A DNA stretch of 56,068 nt, taken from NCBI GenBank assembly GCA_963835065.1, contig CAWIEK010000071.1, positions 1 to 56,068 of the forward strand, written 5' to 3'. The translations under genes were made by a program, and so were the position numbers. This document shows positions 50,715 to 56,068 of the stretch, in pieces (position 1 is the first letter of the stretch; each line of letters opens with the position of its first letter). A model generated the notes under the pieces. The model was not told the origin of the DNA. It was given only the letters and a program-made list of their open reading frames with translations, and ran no database searches. Source of the DNA: an uncultured Chthonomonadaceae bacterium (GTDB lineage: Bacteria > Armatimonadota > Chthonomonadetes > Chthonomonadales > Chthonomonadaceae).

Positions 50715-51629
50715 CTACTGCGCAATTAACTGCGCGCGCAGCTCTCCGCCGCTGTGGGCCGTTGTGGTGATGAGCAGATAGGTGTTGCCGCTCAGGAGAG
50801 CGTTGACCGCATCGGCGTAAGTGGAAATGCCGCTGTTGGTCTGCTTTTTCAAATCGGTTTCGGTAAAGGTGCGCGTAATGGAACCCGTGAAAACGCTGTC
50901 TGTGTTGCTGTCGAAAACGGTGAACAACTCGGGGCCATTGCCGCCGAGCGGCGCATAATAAACGCCGATATGTCGGACGTTGGACAGGTTCGCCGTGTTT
51001 CCCACCGTCACGGTCAGCACGGATTGCTTGGCGTTCAATTGCACGTTGGCGGTTGCCGTCGCATTCGTAGTCACAGATGGCACAACCGCCGTTCCCGTCG
51101 GCGTCACCTGAAACGAGGCCGCGCCGATCTGCCCGCGCAGTTCGCCGGTGGGGTTGGCCTGTGTGCTGATGTTGATATACGTGTTGCCCGCCGTGACAAT
51201 GGCATTGACGGCATCGCTGAAGGTGCTGATGCCCGCGCTCGACTGCGCCTGCAAATCGCTTGCCGACAGGTCTTTATGGAAACTGGAAGGCAGGCTGCCG
51301 TTGTTGGAAGCGGTGTACAGCGTGAAAATCACGGGGCCGTTCGTGCCGGGTTTGCCGACGCGAATATCTACCGCCGTGACGCCCGCGAGATTTTGCGTGG
51401 TGATGTCAATCCGCAAGGAGTTGGTGTTTTGGGTAACGGTGGCCGCTCCGGTGGCCGCCGTCGCCACCTGCGTGGGGCGTTCCTGCGTACCGCGCAGGGC
51501 GGCGAAAACCTGGGGCGTTGTGGCCGAATTGGTTCCATTGCCGCAGGCGGTCAGGCCCGTTCCGGCGAGCGCGCCGAGCAGCAGCAAACCGGACAATCGG
51601 CAAAGTTGCCGTCGTGTGAGGGTATGCAA
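50715..51629 (-). CDS. Tat-lipoprotein with two CHRD domains
   Basis: TRRQL and LTAC lipobox; LRGTQE..., YINIST..NPTGELRGQI, and a second repeat ending GGELRAQL. Confidence 0.85.
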   Translation of the reverse strand: MHTLTRRQLCRLSGLLLLGALAGTGLTACGNGTNSATTPQVFAALRGTQERPTQVATAATGAATVTQNTNSLRIDITTQNLAGVTAVDIRVGKPGTNGPVIFTLYTASNNGSLPSSFHKDLSASDLQAQSSAGISTFSDAVNAIVTAGNTYINISTQANPTGELRGQIGAASFQVTPTGTAVVPSVTTNATATANVQLNAKQSVLTVTVGNTANLSNVRHIGVYYAPLGGNGPELFTVFDSNTDSVFTGSITRTFTETDLKKQTNSGISTYADAVNALLSGNTYLLITTTAHSGGELRAQLIAQ

Positions 51630-51792
51630 TGAGTTCTCCTTAGACTATAGGCTTACATATTTATGAAACTACGTTTCGCGGTTGGAGACGTGACGTAAAG
51701 TGGAACATTTCTGAAAAGTTTGCATTGAGCGGCGATGCCGGAACCCACTTTTTGAAGCGTGATTATGCGCCGCTGTGCGCCGGCTGCAAACA

Positions 51793-52677
51793 TTATTCGC
51801 CGGGTGGCAGGCTCGCCTGCTCTTCCGTCTGTAATGCTGCCGGTTGAGGCGTTGCCCGCAACAGTTGTTCGGCGGGAGATTGCGCGCTGGCGAACACCCC
51901 GCGCAGCAGCGCAGCAGGCCCTCGTGAGGGCGGTTCCGTTCCACGCAGCAAGCTTTCTTTATCCACTGCCTTCATGTCGTTAAGCCATCCCTGGCAGTTT
52001 CTCCAATCACGAATGAAACCTACAACCCCGAGATAAATAAAGAATAGGCTGAACCCAAAACCTCCGGTCAGCGCGAGAGTCCAGAAACCCACATGAAGCG
52101 ACCATTTTATCAGGTTTAACCCATCGCCCTTGAGACGACTGACATTCGGCTTTTCCGGCAGGTATTCGATTTGAACCGGGTCGGCTTTCTGGTGGTAGCG
52201 CGGCTCATCAGCAAGATAACCGTAACCTAGGTATGTAGAGGCAGAGAACTTGCGCCCATCAGACAGACGGTATTCGTACACCCCCCCATGCGCCCGAAAG
52301 ATACCAAGCTCGTCCGCCGAGTTTTCCCATACACTGACGATACAGCCAGAAACCGTTTGAGAGCGTTGGATCAAGGCAAAGTCAGTTCTATAATGCCTGA
52401 CGACGTCGGCTCCAATGCAGCAAAGGATAATCATCAGCACCCCTGCCGCCAGCACACTCATCACATCCTGCACCATTTTTTCGATGGTGCCAGGACGCGC
52501 CGGAAGATGGAAGACGGATACAATGACGGATACAATTGCGTTGCTGGCAGCCTCTAAAAGCGGCCAAATCACATGCACGAAAACCAAAAGGCTTATGTAC
52601 ACTATGATAAAATATCCCACATATTGAGTAATAGCTCCAAAAAAGTTTAGAATCAAATAGTTAAAAATTTTTTCCAT
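51793..52677 (-). CDS. Membrane protein (DUF3592-like OB region) with triple-LLR tail
   Basis: GGAGG RBS, TM helices, YEYRLSDG..VQIEYLPEKPNVSRL and LLR x3 tail. Confidence 0.7.
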   Translation of the reverse strand: MEKIFNYLILNFFGAITQYVGYFIIVYISLLVFVHVIWPLLEAASNAIVSVIVSVFHLPARPGTIEKMVQDVMSVLAAGVLMIILCCIGADVVRHYRTDFALIQRSQTVSGCIVSVWENSADELGIFRAHGGVYEYRLSDGRKFSASTYLGYGYLADEPRYHQKADPVQIEYLPEKPNVSRLKGDGLNLIKWSLHVGFWTLALTGGFGFSLFFIYLGVVGFIRDWRNCQGWLNDMKAVDKESLLRGTEPPSRGPAALLRGVFASAQSPAEQLLRATPQPAALQTEEQASLPPGE

Positions 52678-52866
52678 CAGCGTCCTCCATTAAGACTGGA
52701 ACACTGTCCAAGATAAGGGTATAGGATTGCGAAAGGTTAAAGACATTTAACCATGAAAGGTTGTGTTTGTCAATGAATTCACCACGAATGATTCACTCTT
52801 TTGTTTGGAGAGGCCGCGGGTAGATTTCAGAGGCTGCGCTGTTCGGTTTGCGGCATGATGGAAAGC

Positions 52867-52909
52867 AAAAAGCCTTCTGAAAGCAAACTACGCGCTTTCA
52901 GAAGGCTTT
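52867..52909 (-). terminator. Intrinsic terminator of tRNA-Glu
   Basis: gccttctgaaagc / gctttcagaaggc stem with a T5 tail on the minus strand. Confidence 0.75.
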
Positions 52910-52917
52910 ATATCAGA

Positions 52918-52989
52918 TAGGGATACGGGGAATCGAACCCCGGTTAACGAGCTGAGAACCCGCCGTCCTGACCGCTAGACGATATCCCC
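52918..52989 (-). tRNA. tRNA-Glu (anticodon CTC), CCA not encoded
   Basis: GGGGATATCGTCTAGCGGTCAGGACGGCGGGTTCTCAGCTCGTTAACCGGGGTTCGATTCCCCGTATCCCTA folds as a cloverleaf. Confidence 0.95.
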
Positions 52990-53035
52990 AAAACAAACGC
53001 CGGAACCGGCAAAGGGCAGTCCCATATGCAGGATT

Positions 53036-53064
53036 ATTGTACTGCAAACCCTCCCTCCTGTCAA
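53036..53064 (-). promoter_or_regulatory. Sigma70 promoter of tRNA-Glu
   Basis: TTGACA-N17-TACAAT. Confidence 0.8.
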
Positions 53065-53355
53065 GGACGGCGGCGGGAATTCTCTTGTTTTTCCGCGCCC
53101 TTTAGGGTATACTAACCTGAAAAATAGGCACTTTTCGAGGGTGAGTGGGTTCATCTTCGGGCAAAAACACGCTTGCGCGTTTGTTTTCTGCCGTGTCCTT
53201 CCCGCTCCGGGACTGACCGGGGCCGAAGCAAAGGAAGGCATTAGGCATTAGGCATTAGGCATTAGGAGAGGATGGCGATACCAGTTCTTTCTAATGCCTC
53301 ATATCTAATGCCTAATGCCTCCCTCGCTATTCCGTCCGAGGGGAGGTGAAACGCA

Positions 53356-53670
53356 ATGCGCCATTACGAGGCGATGTATATCGTAGACGCCGACACGTCT
53401 GACGAAAACCTGACAGCCGTACTTGAAAAGTACAGGAAGGTTATCAGCGACGGCGGGGGCGAGGTGGCCGACGCGGGCAAATGGGAAAAAGGCCGCCGTC
53501 CGCTGGCTTACGAGATCAAGCACGACAACAAGAAGAAAAAAGAAGGCATGTATCTGATAATGCACTTTACTTCCGGTTCCGACGTGCCGCAAGAACTCGA
53601 CCGTATCTTCCGCATCAGTGATGAAGTGATCCGTCACATCATCGTGCGGCAAGACCACAGCGAAGAGTAG
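53356..53670 (+). CDS. rpsF: 30S ribosomal protein S6
   Basis: MRHYEAMYI, GRRPLAYEIK and VIRHIIV. Confidence 0.96.
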   Translation: MRHYEAMYIVDADTSDENLTAVLEKYRKVISDGGGEVADAGKWEKGRRPLAYEIKHDNKKKKEGMYLIMHFTSGSDVPQELDRIFRISDEVIRHIIVRQDHSEE

Positions 53671-53938
53671 ATTCCACTCTGACATTTATTTTTACTGCGG
53701 CGCGTATGTCTTTCCGGCTTTATGCGGCCTGCCGTAGTATTAAAAGAAGCAATCATCGGGCGGCGTAATCGGCGTCGCCAATTCTACACATCATCATGAG
53801 AACCGTTGTTCGCGCTTGTGAACCGCAGCGTAAAGATTGCTGCGGAACACGCGCTTGCTTACAGAAGGCTTCAACCGAGTTCTTCAGGACGCAAACGCGC
53901 ATAATCGGCGCAGGCATCAGGGCAAAGGAGAGTCGGAA

Positions 53939-54451
53939 ATGTTGAATCGCATCGTCTTGATCGGTCGTTTGACCCGTGACCCCGAACTGAAGTACACCCC
54001 GCAGGGAATGTCTATCGCAACAATGGGCATTGCCGTTGATCGTTTTACCAAAGATGAAAACGGTCAGAAGGAAGTTGACTTCTTTGATTTGGTTGCCTTC
54101 TCGCGTAAAGCGGATTTCGCCTCGCAGTATCTGGGTAAGGGCCGTTTGATTTCGGTTGAAGGTCGCCTGCAAAGTCGTTCCTGGGTTGCTCAGGACGGTA
54201 CGAAGCGCAAAACTTTCGAGATAATCGTTGACAACATTGACGGCCTGGATCGCAAGGGCGACACCGAAGGTCAAAGCGGCGGAGCGCAGGCAAATAACGG
54301 GTACTCTCAGGAGGCGGCTCCGTCTGCTCCCGCCGCTCCCGCCACACGACCGACAGCGGCTCCTGCAGCCGCGTCTGGTGGTGGACGCAAGCCGGCTCCC
54401 CCGCCCGTAGACGACGATGCCGACGAAGCCGATCCCTTTGCGGATGAGTAG
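53939..54451 (+). CDS. ssb: Single-stranded DNA-binding protein
   Basis: MLNRIVLIGRLTRDPELKYT, KGRLISVEGRLQSRSW and acidic DPF tail. Confidence 0.96.
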   Translation: MLNRIVLIGRLTRDPELKYTPQGMSIATMGIAVDRFTKDENGQKEVDFFDLVAFSRKADFASQYLGKGRLISVEGRLQSRSWVAQDGTKRKTFEIIVDNIDGLDRKGDTEGQSGGAQANNGYSQEAAPSAPAAPATRPTAAPAAASGGGRKPAPPPVDDDADEADPFADE

Positions 54452-54582
54452 GAGGAAGATTAGGATTAGATTAGATTAAGAGATTGACGGTGATACAGGT
54501 TCCTCCTAATGTCTCATATCTAATATCTAATATCTACCCCAGCCGATTACCCCGTTTCGCGATTGCGGAAAGGGAAGTTCCT

Positions 54583-54855
54583 ATGGCTCCTGGGATGCGA
54601 CCCCGCCCACCGGGCGGAAAACCCAATAAGTTCCGTAAACCCCGGCGAAAAGTCTGCATGTTCTGCGTGGACAAGATTGTGTCCATTGATTACAAGCAGG
54701 TCCCGATGCCGAAGTATCGCAACCGCCTGCTGTCCGACCGGGGCAAAATCGTCCCGCGCCGCACAACGGGCACATGCGCCAAGCATCAGCGCATGGTCAC
54801 GGAAGCGATCAAGCAGGCGCGACACGTCGCCCTGGTCCCGTTCGTTACCGACTAA
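54583..54855 (+). CDS. rpsR: 30S ribosomal protein S18 (Zn-binding form)
   Basis: [28 protein letters not shown]. Confidence 0.96.
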   Translation: MAPGMRPRPPGGKPNKFRKPRRKVCMFCVDKIVSIDYKQVPMPKYRNRLLSDRGKIVPRRTTGTCAKHQRMVTEAIKQARHVALVPFVTD

Positions 54856-54891
54856 GTAGTTGTGAGTTGAAACGCGCGGCGGCAGTAACGC

Positions 54892-54915
54892 AGGGACATA
54901 ACATGTTATGTCCCT
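54892..54915. repeat. Perfect 24-bp palindrome (REP-like)
   Basis: AGGGACATAACATGTTATGTCCCT. Confidence 0.65.
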
Positions 54916-54976
54916 CCTGCCTTGCTATCAACTGCGAACTATCAACTATCAACTGCTTAGTGTTTGCGCTGTTTGC

Positions 54977-55008
54977 AGCCGCCTCTGCCCTACAGAGGCG
55001 GCTTTTTT
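54977..55008 (+). terminator. Intrinsic terminator of rpsF-ssb-rpsR
   Basis: agccgcctctg / cagaggcggct stem followed by a T run. Confidence 0.85.
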
Positions 55009-55070
55009 GTGTCAGAATGAATGTTGTTGATACCGTTGTTTGAGACAAAGGGCGCGGGGAGGGATCGGAC

Positions 55071-56068
55071 GTGACGGGGAAATATCCTTTGCAATTGCAG
55101 CCGGATACGCGGGAGCGGGTTTGGGGCGGACAGTGGCTGGCGGAGAAATTGGGGCGGAAGGGCGCGGAAGGCGCGAAATTGGGGGAAAGCTGGGAAGCCT
55201 TTTCCGACAGCGTGATTGTAAACGGCGAGTGGCGGGGGCAAACGCTCGGCCAATGGTTTGCGCAGGCGGCGGACGCAGAAGCGGAAAGCAATCCAGCCGG
55301 AACTTATGCAACACGGTACGCGCGATTTCCCCTGCTGGCAAAGTTTTTGGATGCGCGGGAAAACCTTTCCATTCAGGTGCATCCCAACGACGCGCTGGCG
55401 CGGCAGTTGGAGAATTACCCGTTCGGCAAAACGGAGTTCTGGTACATTCTGGACGCCGTACCCGACGCGCATGTGTATTACGGCCTCAATGCGCCCGGTA
55501 TTTCCCACGAGGAACTGCAAGCCGCGCTCAATAACAACGATCTGCTGCGTTACCTCAATCGCGTTCCTGTTCGAGCGGGCGATGTGGTGTTTATGCCTGC
55601 CGGCACGGTACATGCGCTGACGGCGGGGATCGTCGCTTACGAACTTCAGCAGGATTGCGACATCACGTACCGGCTTTACGATTGGGAGCGAACCGACCGG
55701 GAAATGCACCTTGAAAAAGGCGCGTTGTCCATTGACCCCGGCTGCGCCAACATGAGCGTGACGCGCCCGGATTTTCAGCATCAGGAGGGCCGGGAAGCGG
55801 CGGTTCTGGTTTCATGCGCGTACTTCCATTCCGAATTATGGCGTGTTTCCGACGCGACGCGGGCGGCAGCGACCACAGGAGAGTTTTGTCCTGCTTTCCA
55901 CGCTGGCAGGGGAAGGGCATATCGTCTCCCCAAACAAATCGTTTGCGGACATGCCTTTGCTGCCGGGATCAACCGTCTGCCTGCCTGCCGGATTGGAATA
56001 CGCGCTGCAAGCCGATACCCGCAACGAACAAAACAACGCTGGAAGTTATATTGGGCTGGATGGCGGCC
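55071..56068 (+). CDS. Type I mannose-6-phosphate isomerase-like cupin protein, runs off the window, frameshift near 55880 (absent from the ORF track)
   Basis: GGAGGG then GTG at 55071; RVWGG, GESWE, FPLLAKFLDARENLSIQVHP, GKTEFWYIL, PAGTVHA and ELQQDCDITYRLYDWER. Confidence 0.9.
   Translation, partial: MTGKYPLQLQPDTRERVWGGQWLAEKLGRKGAEGAKLGESWEAFSDSVIVNGEWRGQTLGQWFAQAADAEAESNPAGTYATRYARFPLLAKFLDARENLSIQVHPNDALARQLENYPFGKTEFWYILDAVPDAHVYYGLNAPGISHEELQAALNNNDLLRYLNRVPVRAGDVVFMPAGTVHALTAGIVAYELQQDCDITYRLYDWERTDREMHLEKGALSIDPGCANMSVTRPDFQHQEGREAAVLVSCAYFHSELWRVSDATRAAATTGEFCPAFHAGRGRAYRLPKQIVCGHAFAAGINRLPACRIGIRAASRYPQRTKQRWKLYWAGWR

Noticed and set aside
51793..52917. Integrated element at tRNA-Glu
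   Set aside because: The neighbouring gene looks more AT-rich, but I found no integrase and no duplicated tRNA 3' end.

Overview
GC-rich bacterial chromosome segment, most likely Armatimonadota (inferred from the [18 protein letters not shown] DUF1559 prepilin gene). It carries housekeeping genes (recQ-family helicase, hisC, apgM, prmC, ftsK, smpB, tRNA-Glu, rpsF-ssb-rpsR, a manA-like gene), a surface-glycosylation locus (split transketolase, methyltransferase, epimerase-GT2 fusion, two GT-C-type membrane proteins), a DUF2089/DUF4097/SHOCT operon, a large secreted glycoside hydrolase-like protein, a hybrid histidine kinase, an intact-looking IS5-family element, an HNH/partner pair and a decayed PLD-SNF2 helicase gene. 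The most notable unexplained feature is a ~370 bp unit present twice (~16530-16910 and ~43315-43665, the second just after smpB). Both copies keep an ECF-type promoter, a 57 bp identical block, 5'-3' pairing and a strong SD followed by an 8-9 codon ORF, suggesting an unrecognised structured RNA. Other points of interest are a triple-LLR C-terminal tail on three proteins and many 7/8/9-mer inverted tandem-repeat elements, which supply stop codons and are translated inside genes. Several single-base frameshifts in conserved genes look like sequencing errors. All family calls come from motif recognition by eye; no database search was run.
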